From: a virus | Taxonomy: Duplodnaviria; Caudoviricetes | IMG/VR virus record: IMGVR_UViG_2867988698_000004 | Location: 1 to 64,000 of that record | Length of the DNA: 64,000 bases | Direction: 5' to 3' (one strand) | Shown here: positions 38,885-48,859 of the stretch, one piece after another | Position numbering within the stretch: the stretch's first letter is position 1 | Layout of the letters: every line of letters starts with the position of its first letter | The notes under the pieces: model-generated | What the model was told of the DNA's origin: nothing | Database searches by the model: none | What the model saw: the letters and a program-made list of their open reading frames with translations, nothing else | Made by a program: the position numbers and the translations under genes

Positions 38885-41800
38885 CTATCGAGCCACGGCT
38901 GCGGCGATCCGGCGGGACACGGCGCCGCCCACGGCGTCCGGATCGGCGGTGGGCATGTGGACGGTGACCGGTGCGTGAACCTCCACCTGCCGCACCGGCC
39001 GCGACCGCCGATCCCCGCCCTGCCCGCCGCCGGTGGCGCGGGAGGCGGCGGCCGGCTGGAGCGCTTCCAGCGCCTGCCGGGAGCGCACCGGCAGCCGGTC
39101 GATGTCGGGGGCGGGCACCTGCAGCTGCGGTAGGGCCAGGGCCTGCTCCAGGCTGCGAGTGATCTGCGGTGCGAGCCGGTCCAGTCCGCGCAGGTAGCCG
39201 GCGAGGGTGTCCTCACCGAGGCCGGCCATCACCCGCGACGGCGACTTGATCTTGAGGGTGCGTTTGACGGTGGCGGCGACCTGCTCGGCGATTTGCCGCA
39301 TCAGCTTCTCGATGTCCTTCTGCTGGGCCTTGAGCCCCTCCAGGAACCCCGCCCCCGCCCGGCGGCCGGAGTCAAACAGCAGGTCGGCCGACTGCCGTCC
39401 CAGCGACTGGGCCGTCGTGGCGATCTCCTTGCTGGTGCGGTTGAGGTCCCGGATCACGCTGTCCGGTCCGGACAGCAGCGCATCGGCCAGCGCGGCGCCC
39501 TGTTCGGGTCCGGCGGCGATGATCTGGTCCAGCAGGTCCCGCGACAGCCCCCTCCTGGCCAGCGCCGCCACGTCGCTTTGGAACTCCTTGAGCAGGGCCA
39601 GCCGGTTCCGCAGGGCGGTGGCCAGCGCCTCGGCCGTGCGGGGGACACTGCTGCCCAGCGAGGAGAGCACCCCGGACAGGGACGCGAAGTCGCTGGCCTG
39701 GCGGGTGACCTCGGCGGCGCGTTCGTTGGCGGCCTTGATCAGGTCCGTGATCCGCGAGCGCTCGGCGGCCAGGGTCTGCAGCCGCCGGTTGGCGCCACGC
39801 AGCCGGGCGATGAGCTGGTCGTCCAGGCGGGTCCGGCGGCCGGCGAACGCGGTCTGGATCTTCTTGACCAGCGCGTTGATCGTCGATTCGATCTTGGACT
39901 GTTCGCCGGTCAGACCCTGGACGAAGCCCTGGCCAACGAACTTGCCGATGTCACGGAACACCTTCGACGGCGAGCCGATCCGCAGCAGCGACCGGGCCGC
40001 GTTGATGGCGTTGCGGATGGGGGCGGTCGCCGCGGCGACCATCCGCCCGGCCATGGACTGCACCCCGGAGATGAACCCCTGCATCGCCTGCACGCCCAGG
40101 GAGTAGAGGGCGGAGCCGAGGCCGGCGAGGGTGCCGGTGATGCGGCCCGGCAGTCCCCGCACTACCGACGCCGCCCGGGACACCCCGGAGGAGAACGCAG
40201 CGCCCATGCGGGCCATGGCGCTGGTGGCGAGGGAGCCCAGCCGTCCCGGCAGAGACGCGATCGCGGCCGCGGCCCGGCCGGGGAGCTGCGCCGCGAACGA
40301 CACCGCCCGCGACACCCCGGCCGAGATCGCGGCGCCCATGCGGGACATGGCGCCGGTCGCGATCGACCACATCCGCGCGGCCAGCGGTGCCAGGGCGGCG
40401 GCGAACCGCACCGGGATGGACGCGACCAGCGAGACCAGCCCGCCGAGCATCGACAAGATCCCACGCGACAGGGCGAGGATCGCCTGGACGCCCCACTGGA
40501 ACATCTGCGTGATCAGGGCCTGGGCCAGGGCCAGCAGGAGCCGCCCGACCGCGGCGAGGATGCCGGGTGCGGCGGCGGCGCCGGCCTGGATGACGGCAGC
40601 GCCGATGGTGGCGATGGCCTGCCCGATGACCGGCAGCAGCCGGGGGATCTGCTGCGCGAACGCGACCGCCACATCCAGGAGGAGGTCAACGAGGGACTGG
40701 CGGAGCTGCTGCCCGCCGGGTCCGGTGCGGGCGCCGGTGGCGGCCTGCCCCGCCGCCCGGTCCACCCCCTGGCCGAGCTGGGCGGCCATCTCATTGATGA
40801 CCTGTGGCAGGACCTCACCGGCCCGGCGGATCAGCGACGACAGGCCGTCTGCGATCCGCTGGGCCAGGCCGGGCAGGTGCGTGACCACGGCGTCCCCGGC
40901 CGAGCGGATGCCCTGGGCGACCATCGGCAGCAGCGCGCGTAGGGCCAGGTTCATGGCCCGGCCGATCTCCTGGCCGATCGCCGGCAGGTCCCGGGTGGCG
41001 AACTGGAACGCGGCTCGCAGCAGGTCCCGGATCCCGGCGGCGATCCGCGGCCCCTCGGTGCGCAGGGACGCCACCACCTGGGTGAACGCCTCCCGCAGCC
41101 CTTGGCCGATCTGCTGGCCGACGTCGGCCAGCCGGGCGAGCCCGGACCGCAGCGCGGAGATGAAGGAGGAGATCAGCCCCGGCAGGGCGGCCACCGCACG
41201 GGTGAACGCGCTGGTGAGGCCGGAGATGATGCGGGGTGCGAGGTCGGCTATGGCTGCGGGGATGCCGACCGCGATCCGCGCGAGCCCGGACAGGACGGCG
41301 GCGGCCAGCCCGGCGAGGGCGCGGGCGGCGACCGGGATCGCCTCCGCGGCGAAGTTCGCGATGCCGGAGCCGAGCTGCCGGAGCGCCGCCACGGCGCCCT
41401 CGGTCCGGAACGTCTGGACCAGGCTGGTGCCGAAGGCGCGCAGCCGTCCGAACAGGTCGGCGATGGTGTCTCGCAGCCGGCCCAGGAAGTTCCGGACGGT
41501 CTCCGACTGGGAGGCCAGCACTCCGAACGCCGCCGCCACGGCGAGGACGATGGCGGCGATCGGGTGCCGCGCCAGCGACGTCACCAGGGTGCGGCCCAGG
41601 CTGGCCGCGTCCCTGCTGGCGAACCGCAGGGCGGGCATGAGCGCGGTAAGCGCCGCCCCCCACGCGCCGGTGGCGATCCGCGCGGCGACCAGCGCCGCCA
41701 CCAGCGGGCCGAGGGCGGTGCCCAGCGGGGAGTCCGCCAGGGCGGCCAGCCCCTGGGCGACCACCGACAGGACCGGGGCCAGGAGCTGCGCGGCGACCGC

Positions 41801-43795
41801 CACCGACTGCAGGGCCGACACCAGCACGTTCGCCAGCGCCGGCAGCAGCGGGGAGACGGCCGACAGCAGCTCCCCGAACGCGCGGCCGAGCGCGCCCAGC
41901 GCCCCCGACGAGGCCAGCCGCTCCACGGCGAGGCGGACGCCCACGAGGACGTCGACCAGCCCGATCCCCAGCCCCTGGAGGGCGGGCACGATGCCCTCGA
42001 TCGCCGCGGTCAGGGTCGGGCCAATCTGCCGGGCCAGCGCGGCGACGGTCGGCCCCAAGGTGGCGAGCCCGCCGATCAGGGCCTCGATGACCGGGCCGGT
42101 CTGGCTCGCAATGGCGTTGACCGCGCGGAACACCTCGACCAGCTGCGCCTGGCCCCGTGCCGAGTTGGCGAAGTTCGCCAGCCGGTCCGCTAGGGCGGAG
42201 ATCGACCCGAGGGCGCTGCCGCTGGCCGACTGAATGGCGCGGACAACGCCGATGACGATCCGGCCGAGGTCGGCGAACAGGGCGCCGAGCTGCCGGACGG
42301 CGGCGGCGCCCTCCCGCACCCAGCGCAGCGCATCCCCGCTGGCGGCGGCGCGGTCCAGGAACCCGGTCAGTCGGCCGAGGGCCCCGTTGATGGCCGACCC
42401 GATCCCGTTGAACGCCGGCAGCGTCGCCCGCGTGAAGCGGGACAGGGCGCCGAGCAGGTTCTCGATCGAGTCCGACCGGACCTGCGCCAGGTTCCGGCGC
42501 AGGGTGCCGAAAACCCTGTCGACCAGGCGGACGGCCTCCGAGGACCGCCCGAACTGCAGCGCGGCATCGGCCAGCCGCCCGAACTCGGCGGCGGTCCCCG
42601 CCATGCCCTGGCGCAGGGGGCCGCCGAGGTTCCGCGCGACCGCAGTGATGTCGCCTTCGAGCTGCTGGAAGAAGGCGTCCTGGACGGTGTTGCGCAGCCG
42701 CTCAAACTCCGGCTGCAGCGCCCGCACCTCGCGGGCCACCCGCTGCGCGGCCGGGGAGAGGTTTTCGAGGGTCTTTTCGAACTCCTCCGCCGACCCGGTC
42801 AGGGCGGTGGAGAACGCCTCCCCCACCCCCAGCAGGGCTAGGCGGAGGGTGCCGAACGCGGCCCCGGCCAGCAGCACCGCCGCCGGCAGACCCGCCAGGA
42901 TCTCCACGGTGGGCGCCAGCACCCCGATCAGCCCGGCCGCGACCGCCGTCAGCCCGGCCAGCGCCGCCCCGAGGCCACCGACCGCGGCCGCGGCTCCGGC
43001 CAGTCCTAGGAAGATCCGGGCGAGCCCGGCGAGGTTGCGGCCCAGCCGGTCCGTGTCGACGTTCCGAAACGCCCGGCGGATCCGCTCCCCCGCCTCGGTC
43101 GCGCGTCGGACGATCTCCCGGAACCGGGTGTTGTCGATGCGGTCCAGCGCGCGGCGGGCGTCCTCGCTCGCACCGCGGAACGCGAACCAGATGGCCCGGC
43201 CCGCCTGGCGGGCCTCATGCTGGATCTGCTGCAGGCGGGTGCGGGACAGGCGTTCGGCCTCCCGCTGCGCCCGCTGCATCTCCTCGGCCAGGCGGCGGAC
43301 CTCGTCGCCGTCCGAGAAGCGGGCGATCTCGGAGGCGGCGCGGCGGGCCTGCTGCTCCAGCCGCTCCATGTCCCAGGCGGCCTCGCGGGCCTCCCGGGCG
43401 ATCCGCGCCAGCTCCTCCGGATCGAACGAGGAGAAGGCCCCATCGGCGTCGCGGGCGGCCCGCGCCAGGTCCGCCATCTCCGCGCGGGACCGGGCGGCCT
43501 CCTCGGCGACCCGCCGCAGCTCCTCCGGATCCAGGGAGTCGAACGCGGCGTCTGCGGCGCGGGCGACCTCCGCCAGCCGCTCGACCTGCTGGGAGGCGTC
43601 ATCGGCGCCGTCACCGATCGCATCAGCGAGCCGCCGTCCGGTGTCCTCGGCCTGCCGGGCGATCCGATCGAGATCATCACCGATCTCATCGACCGCGTCG
43701 TCGATCGCCTCCTGCAGGCGGCGGCGCAGGTCATCGTCGAACTCGCCGGTCTCGGCGATGATCTCGACGGCCGCCTCGCCGAGGGTGTTGGCCAC
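38885..43795 (-). CDS. Tape measure protein
   Basis: 1636 aa A/L/G-rich helical protein; LRIGSPSKVF and LKIKSPSRVM motifs. Confidence 0.85.
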   Translation of the reverse strand: MANTLGEAAVEIIAETGEFDDDLRRRLQEAIDDAVDEIGDDLDRIARQAEDTGRRLADAIGDGADDASQQVERLAEVARAADAAFDSLDPEELRRVAEEAARSRAEMADLARAARDADGAFSSFDPEELARIAREAREAAWDMERLEQQARRAASEIARFSDGDEVRRLAEEMQRAQREAERLSRTRLQQIQHEARQAGRAIWFAFRGASEDARRALDRIDNTRFREIVRRATEAGERIRRAFRNVDTDRLGRNLAGLARIFLGLAGAAAAVGGLGAALAGLTAVAAGLIGVLAPTVEILAGLPAAVLLAGAAFGTLRLALLGVGEAFSTALTGSAEEFEKTLENLSPAAQRVAREVRALQPEFERLRNTVQDAFFQQLEGDITAVARNLGGPLRQGMAGTAAEFGRLADAALQFGRSSEAVRLVDRVFGTLRRNLAQVRSDSIENLLGALSRFTRATLPAFNGIGSAINGALGRLTGFLDRAAASGDALRWVREGAAAVRQLGALFADLGRIVIGVVRAIQSASGSALGSISALADRLANFANSARGQAQLVEVFRAVNAIASQTGPVIEALIGGLATLGPTVAALARQIGPTLTAAIEGIVPALQGLGIGLVDVLVGVRLAVERLASSGALGALGRAFGELLSAVSPLLPALANVLVSALQSVAVAAQLLAPVLSVVAQGLAALADSPLGTALGPLVAALVAARIATGAWGAALTALMPALRFASRDAASLGRTLVTSLARHPIAAIVLAVAAAFGVLASQSETVRNFLGRLRDTIADLFGRLRAFGTSLVQTFRTEGAVAALRQLGSGIANFAAEAIPVAARALAGLAAAVLSGLARIAVGIPAAIADLAPRIISGLTSAFTRAVAALPGLISSFISALRSGLARLADVGQQIGQGLREAFTQVVASLRTEGPRIAAGIRDLLRAAFQFATRDLPAIGQEIGRAMNLALRALLPMVAQGIRSAGDAVVTHLPGLAQRIADGLSSLIRRAGEVLPQVINEMAAQLGQGVDRAAGQAATGARTGPGGQQLRQSLVDLLLDVAVAFAQQIPRLLPVIGQAIATIGAAVIQAGAAAAPGILAAVGRLLLALAQALITQMFQWGVQAILALSRGILSMLGGLVSLVASIPVRFAAALAPLAARMWSIATGAMSRMGAAISAGVSRAVSFAAQLPGRAAAAIASLPGRLGSLATSAMARMGAAFSSGVSRAASVVRGLPGRITGTLAGLGSALYSLGVQAMQGFISGVQSMAGRMVAAATAPIRNAINAARSLLRIGSPSKVFRDIGKFVGQGFVQGLTGEQSKIESTINALVKKIQTAFAGRRTRLDDQLIARLRGANRRLQTLAAERSRITDLIKAANERAAEVTRQASDFASLSGVLSSLGSSVPRTAEALATALRNRLALLKEFQSDVAALARRGLSRDLLDQIIAAGPEQGAALADALLSGPDSVIRDLNRTSKEIATTAQSLGRQSADLLFDSGRRAGAGFLEGLKAQQKDIEKLMRQIAEQVAATVKRTLKIKSPSRVMAGLGEDTLAGYLRGLDRLAPQITRSLEQALALPQLQVPAPDIDRLPVRSRQALEALQPAAASRATGGGQGGDRRSRPVRQVEVHAPVTVHMPTADPDAVGGAVSRRIAAAVAR

Positions 43796-43817
43796 CGGGC
43801 GCTCCCGACAGGGAGTG

Positions 43818-43861
43818 GCCCGGCCCCTGGCACAGACGGCGTCTAAATGATCAGGCTAGCC
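43818..43861 (-). promoter_or_regulatory. Late-gene upstream motif
   Basis: Minus strand GGCTAGCCTGATC...GCCAGGGGCCGGGC before the tape measure gene. Confidence 0.65.
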
Positions 43862-44148
43862 TCCCGACCAGCGGCAGCGCCGCCACTCGCCTTTGCCGTC
43901 TGCGGACCGGTGAGGGTGCGTAGCCGGGCAGCCGCCCGGCAATCCCGACACCAGCGTGGGCAGCCACGCCGCTGGAAGGCCGGCCCGGCTTCAAACAGGC
44001 CGTGTCCGTGCCACTCCGAGGCTGCCCGCGCACGGGTTGTCCGCGCCTTCGCCCACCCATCACCCATGGGAACGGGGGCAGGGCGTGGACAGCCCCGCCC
44101 CTGCGCAGATCAGGCCGGCCGGGCCCGTGGCAGGATCTCCTCGTGTCG

Positions 44149-44370
44149 ATGATCGTCCAGTGCAACGGGTGCGGGAACACGTTCAAGCCCGGCAGCAGCG
44201 ACCACGCCATCAGCGGGGAGCGCACCAACGGCTTGGGCGGCGGGGGCCTGCCCAACGGCCGGTTCGACTGGTGCATGCCCTGCGCCCAGGTCGCGTTTGA
44301 GGCCGTCGCCCAGTGCACGACCGACCGGCGGCTGCGGGAGGCCGGCTACGTGGGGCGGTTCGGCGGCTGA
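44149..44370 (+). CDS. Small Zn-ribbon protein opposite the tail operon
   Basis: CNGCG...DWCMPC; codon bias. Confidence 0.5.
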   Translation: MIVQCNGCGNTFKPGSSDHAISGERTNGLGGGGLPNGRFDWCMPCAQVAFEAVAQCTTDRRLREAGYVGRFGG

Positions 44371-44984
44371 CCTGGCGGCAGCCGCAGCGCTCCAGAGGAC
44401 TGCGCCGCGCCCATCGCGGCCATGAACGCCGCACCCTCCTCCTCGGCCAGCCACTGCTGGGTGCGGGGGCTAGCCGCCCGCAACTCCTGAACGGGCGGGC
44501 GGGTCAGCTTGGCGTCGAGCTTGTCCCGCTCTTTGCGGTCCGCGCCCTGAATGAGCCACGCGTACACCAGGTTGCAGGCGCGGGCGGGGGCGCGGTCCAC
44601 CATCTGCGCCAGGTCCACGCCCCGGCCGATCAGCTCCCCATCCAGCTCCGCCCACCGGGCCAGGGCGGTGGCCAGCAGACGGCCGGTCACCCACCAGGGG
44701 CGGCCGGTCGCCTGCAGCACCAGCGTCTCCGCAACCTGGTCCAGGTCCTCGGGTTCGAGGGGGTCGTCGGGGTCGTCCAGCCGCTCCACCAGGACCTCCC
44801 CGTCCTCAGGGTCGGTGAGCTCCAGCAAAAGCAGCAGCCGCCACCCGGTGACCTGCTCGATCAGGCGGCTGGTCAGCGGCCACCAGGAGCCGGTCAGCGC
44901 ATAGACCTCGTTGTCGAGGACGTAGGAGCGGGGCGGGCCGCTCCGGGCGATCTCGGCGAGCAGACCGGCCGGGCCGCCGGTCAC
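44346..44984 (-). CDS. Tail assembly chaperone (second)
   Basis: Precedes the tape measure; GRPWW...L...W..LDGEL..RGVD. Confidence 0.65.
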   Translation of the reverse strand: MTGGPAGLLAEIARSGPPRSYVLDNEVYALTGSWWPLTSRLIEQVTGWRLLLLLELTDPEDGEVLVERLDDPDDPLEPEDLDQVAETLVLQATGRPWWVTGRLLATALARWAELDGELIGRGVDLAQMVDRAPARACNLVYAWLIQGADRKERDKLDAKLTRPPVQELRAASPRTQQWLAEEEGAAFMAAMGAAQSSGALRLPPGQPPNRPT

Positions 44985-45451
44985 CGCCGCCGGCGGGAAC
45001 CGGCGCGCTGCCGGGCCTTACCAGGCCGGGACGCCGCCGACCAGCGCTTCACCAGCGCCACCAGGACGCGGGTCAGATCCTCCAGCTCGAACGGGTCGTC
45101 CGGGTCCTCCAGCCGGTCCAGCAGCCGGTCCCGGCTTTCAGGGCTCAGGGTGCTGTCCAGGAACCGGGTGATGGCCGCCATCCGGTTCGGGGCGGACATG
45201 GTCCGCGCCCCGGCGGACATCACCAGCGCGAAGGAGGAGTCGGCGGGGCGGTGCGCAACGTACCGTTCCCCGTCGATCTCAAAGGGCAGCTCCCGGTCCC
45301 CCTCATCGGCGGCAGGCCGGTCCTTGGCGCTGGTGGTGAACACCAGCTCCTCGGGCACCGGCGGCAGCTCCAGATCGTCGTCCTGGAGATCATCGGCGGG
45401 AGCGGTGAGGGCGTCGTCCTCAAGGGCGTCGGGGGCGGCTGTGCCGGGCAT
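44981..45451 (-). CDS. Tail assembly chaperone (first)
   Basis: PFEIDGE.Y.AHRP, RLEDPDDPFELEDL; GTGA overlap. Confidence 0.65.
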   Translation of the reverse strand: MPGTAAPDALEDDALTAPADDLQDDDLELPPVPEELVFTTSAKDRPAADEGDRELPFEIDGERYVAHRPADSSFALVMSAGARTMSAPNRMAAITRFLDSTLSPESRDRLLDRLEDPDDPFELEDLTRVLVALVKRWSAASRPGKARQRAGSRRRR

Positions 45452-45471
45452 GGGGAGCCTCCGTACACAAG

Positions 45472-45511
45472 GCCCGGCCCCTGGCCAGCGGCGTCACCGA
45501 TCAGGCTAGCC
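45472..45511 (-). promoter_or_regulatory. Late-gene upstream motif
   Basis: Minus strand GGCTAGCCTGATC...GCCGCTGGCCAGGGGCCGGGC. Confidence 0.65.
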
Positions 45512-45941
45512 GCCCCGCCGGGGATCATCCCGCCCCAGGGGCCGGAGAAGATCAGCGTGGCCGTCCGCCGAGTAACGTTCGACGGAACAACAAATCCGCT
45601 ATTCCCACTCGTGGACCCGATTGCCGTATTTGCGGGTTTTGTCGCAGCAGGCGGCACCATGACATCCCTACCGGGTAAACGTGAGTTCCGAACGTCAAGA
45701 CCATTACAGCCAGGTTGCAGATTCTTAACTGCGCGCTTGTGACCTGCGGAAACTCCCCTGCACATGCAGGCGTACGATCGCCGTCTGCGATTCGCCCATC
45801 ATGTGGGCGTCTGGTGCCTTAGTCTCCGCATCGTCTGCGTCTTGTGACATGCCCGCCTGGTACCCCGCGCCAGGTGGTCATCGCCTGGCGCGGGCCGACC
45901 CGGACGCCCGTCAAGCGCCGGGGGAAGGGGGAACCGTCCGT

Positions 45942-46076
45942 ATGGGCGAGCCTCCCGACAAGAGGGAACCCGCTGACCCGGACGAGTGGCGATTCAGGCT
46001 GATCCTGGCCCTGCTGGAGCTTGTGCAGCTCCTGCTGTGGATCCTGGGTCTCTGGCTCGCCTCCGGGTGGCGGTAG
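45942..46076 (+). CDS. 44-aa single-TM peptide, candidate type I toxin
   Basis: GAAGGGGG RBS; RLILALLELVQLLLWILGLWL; flanking hairpins. Confidence 0.5.
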   Translation: MGEPPDKREPADPDEWRFRLILALLELVQLLLWILGLWLASGWR

Positions 46077-46297
46077 CGGCCTCGTAAGGGGCCGCGGGGC
46101 CTGGTACCGCAGCAGGATGGCCACCCAGCGGGTACCAGGCCCCACTCTTTTCACCGACGGCCGACAGGGTGTGATTCTCAGCCGTCAGCGTGTTGCATGG
46201 TAGGCCGGTCACCCGGAACAGTGCGGGACAACGCCAAAGAACCGCAAAGGTTGTTTGTGTCATGTGACCTTGACGCTACCGCCTACCAGAGCGGTGC

Positions 46298-47089
46298 CTA
46301 CCGCATCAGCGCAGACGGCGCATCCGACACCACCAGCGCCGCCTCGGGCCGCAGACCCGCCTCACGGTCGGCGACGACCTCCTCCTGTGGGGGCTCCGTC
46401 CAGAAGGTTTGCAGCCCCGTGGGGACCCCGACCATCCGCCAGGTGGCCAGGGTGGTGCGCAGCAGACCCCGCAGCGCCGGGTCGATCCCGGCGTCCAGGG
46501 GAACATGGTGGGGCCAGCGGGCCGTGCGCAGGGAAACCTGGTCCCGGTAGAACAGCGGGCCGAAGACCTCCTGCAAGCCCCGGCTGCCGACCATGGCGGA
46601 CCAGGCCCCCGGCGCGTCCGCGTCCGCCTGCCGCCGGTAGAAGCGGCCCACCGCACGGATGTCCGCCCACCACACCACCCACAGGCCGGCCCCCTGGCAC
46701 GGCCCCCAGTGGCAGGCGACCAGCGGCACCTCCGGGTCGCTCTCCCCCACCCCGGAGGGGCCCTCCCAGACCAGGAAGCCGGTACGGGTGGGCGGCTCGA
46801 TACCGCCGGCGGTGTGCAGGTCGGCGCTGGCGGCGACGGCCCGCGCGGTGGCCTCGGGCCGTAGGACGTACAGGGCGGCGTCGGCGATCCGCCGCGCTTC
46901 CTGCCGCGCGTGCTGCTGGTAGCGGCGGGCGGGCGGCAGGTCCTCCAGATCGGGTGGGACGTCGATGAGCCACGCCTGGTCGCTGTAGCCGCTCAGCCAC
47001 GCGCGGGCGGCGTGGCTCCTCAAAAAGCCGTAGGCGCCGCGCCGGAGTGTCCAGACGTTTCGCGTGGCGTCCTGGGATGTGGTGGTCAC
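46298..47089 (-). CDS. Hypothetical protein
   Basis: GTGA overlap; PPTRTGFLVWE motif. Confidence 0.55.
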   Translation of the reverse strand: MTTTSQDATRNVWTLRRGAYGFLRSHAARAWLSGYSDQAWLIDVPPDLEDLPPARRYQQHARQEARRIADAALYVLRPEATARAVAASADLHTAGGIEPPTRTGFLVWEGPSGVGESDPEVPLVACHWGPCQGAGLWVVWWADIRAVGRFYRRQADADAPGAWSAMVGSRGLQEVFGPLFYRDQVSLRTARWPHHVPLDAGIDPALRGLLRTTLATWRMVGVPTGLQTFWTEPPQEEVVADREAGLRPEAALVVSDAPSALMR

Positions 47090-48000
47090 AGGCCGCCGCC
47101 TCTCACGGCCTGCACGATCAGGAACCATGCGGCGTGCCCGGCCATGAGCGGGACCACCCTGCGGGTGCGCCAGTACAGCCAGACGTTGACGCAGGCCAGC
47201 GCCGCCATGGACAGCGCTGGCAGCCCCATGTAGCCGTGCGGTAGGACACGAATGACGGCGGCCAGCAGGTAGACCTGCCACAGCGGACGGTCGGCCGCGC
47301 CCAGCAGCAATACCACGGCGGCCAGGAGCATCTCCTCCCGGACCGCCGAGCCGATCGCCGTGACGACCAGCTCCGCCCCTTGGGAGAGGCCCAGGGCGGC
47401 GGCCTGGTCGCGGGCGGCGGTCAGGCCCGGTCCCGGCAGCAGCGACAGCCCGATGGCCAGCCACGCGGTGACCCCGGCCGCCAGGGCCGTGGTCATCCCT
47501 ACGGCCAGGGCCTGCAGGTGCCCGCCCGGCCCCGCCGCCCACCGCGGCCTGATCCCGACCATCTGGCGGGGCATGTGGTGGTGCTCGGCCACGTCCAGGC
47601 ATAGCCACACCGTGGCGACCGCCAGGGTGGCCGTGCCCACCACGCGGGCGGCCTCACCCGTGTGGGGCAGCAGCCCGGCCCCGAGCACGGCCAGCGCGAC
47701 CGCCGCCCAGATGCGGCGGCGTCCGTACAGCCACGCCAGATACGCCAGCCACAGGCCTGCGGCGATGAGGGACAGCGCGGCCGGGTTGACCGGCAGGGTG
47801 GGCATCTGCGCCCACCCGGCCAGGGCCGCGAACCGCAGGACGCCCTCCACCAGGTCCCAGCCGAGGAGGATGGTCAGCAGACCGGCCAACGGCGGCCACG
47901 CCAGCCGCAGGGACATCGGGGGCAGCCGCCGGTCCGGGGACGGCTGCAGCCACAGCAGCGGCTCCGGCGAGGCCGCCAGCCGAGGAGGAGATGCGGTCAA
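47086..48000 (-). CDS. CPBP/CAAX (Abi-like) intramembrane glutamic protease
   Basis: Multi-TM; AVREEM, LPHGY, PLMAGH motifs; start uncertain. Confidence 0.65.
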   Translation of the reverse strand: MTASPPRLAASPEPLLWLQPSPDRRLPPMSLRLAWPPLAGLLTILLGWDLVEGVLRFAALAGWAQMPTLPVNPAALSLIAAGLWLAYLAWLYGRRRIWAAVALAVLGAGLLPHTGEAARVVGTATLAVATVWLCLDVAEHHHMPRQMVGIRPRWAAGPGGHLQALAVGMTTALAAGVTAWLAIGLSLLPGPGLTAARDQAAALGLSQGAELVVTAIGSAVREEMLLAAVVLLLGAADRPLWQVYLLAAVIRVLPHGYMGLPALSMAALACVNVWLYWRTRRVVPLMAGHAAWFLIVQAVRGGGL

Positions 48001-48848
48001 CGGTCCTCTCCCGCCTTCACGGCCACCAGCCCGTACTGCAGGGTCGTGTTCCGCTGGGGCGTCTGCGCGTTCGGCCGCCACGCCCAGGTCGCGGTGACGC
48101 CCGGCTCCACCACGTGCACCCCGTCCGGGATCAGCCCTGCGACCTGCTCGTAGGTGCGGGGTTTGACCACCGGTCCGCCCCGGGCGACGAACTCCCGCGC
48201 CGCCTCCACCAGGCTGGGCTCGGGGGCGTCATGGGAGATCACCAGGGCGCTCCCCGGCGCAACGGCATCCATGTACTGCCACACGGTCCACGCCGCGTCC
48301 CCGTCGTCGGGGATGTGCGGCAGGACCGACGCCAGGATGACGGCGACCGGCTCCTCCAGGTCCAGGGTGCGCTCGGCCTGGTCTAGGACCCGCCGCGGGT
48401 CGGTCAGGTCCGCGTCGATGTACTGGCACACCCCGGGCGGGCTGCTGGTCAGCAACGCCCGCGCGTGGACCAGCACGACGGGGTCGTTGTCGACGTACAC
48501 CACCCGCGCGGTGGGGTTGACCTGCTGGGCGATCTGGTGGGTGTTGTCGTCGGTGGGCAGCCCGGTGCCCAGGTCCAGGAACTGGCGGATGCCGTGCTCG
48601 GCCGCCAGGCAGCGGACCGCGCGGCCGAGGAAGGCGCGGCCGTCCTGGGCCATGATCTGGATGTCGGGGAAGATCCGCTTGATCTTGTCGCCGGCCGCGC
48701 GGTCGACGGCGTAGTTGTCTTTGCCGCCCAGCCAGTAGTTCCAGATCCGCGCCGAATGCGGCACCGACGTGTCGATCCGCGGGGTGGGCGGCTGCTCCTC
48801 ACCGCCGGAGCCGCGGGGGATGTCATGGGGGATGTCGTGGGGGGTCAC
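47997..48848 (-). CDS. SAM-dependent methyltransferase (actinomycete Methyltransf_19 type)
   Basis: IDTSVPHSARIWNYWLGGKDNY, RQFLDLGTGLP, VYVDNDPVV. Confidence 0.9.
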   Translation of the reverse strand: MTPHDIPHDIPRGSGGEEQPPTPRIDTSVPHSARIWNYWLGGKDNYAVDRAAGDKIKRIFPDIQIMAQDGRAFLGRAVRCLAAEHGIRQFLDLGTGLPTDDNTHQIAQQVNPTARVVYVDNDPVVLVHARALLTSSPPGVCQYIDADLTDPRRVLDQAERTLDLEEPVAVILASVLPHIPDDGDAAWTVWQYMDAVAPGSALVISHDAPEPSLVEAAREFVARGGPVVKPRTYEQVAGLIPDGVHVVEPGVTATWAWRPNAQTPQRNTTLQYGLVAVKAGEDR

Positions 48849-48859
48849 CGCGGGGTCCT

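Noticed and set aside
44346-45451. Programmed -1 frameshift in the tail chaperones
   Set aside because: No slippery heptamer seen; the genes overlap by GTGA, consistent with translational coupling
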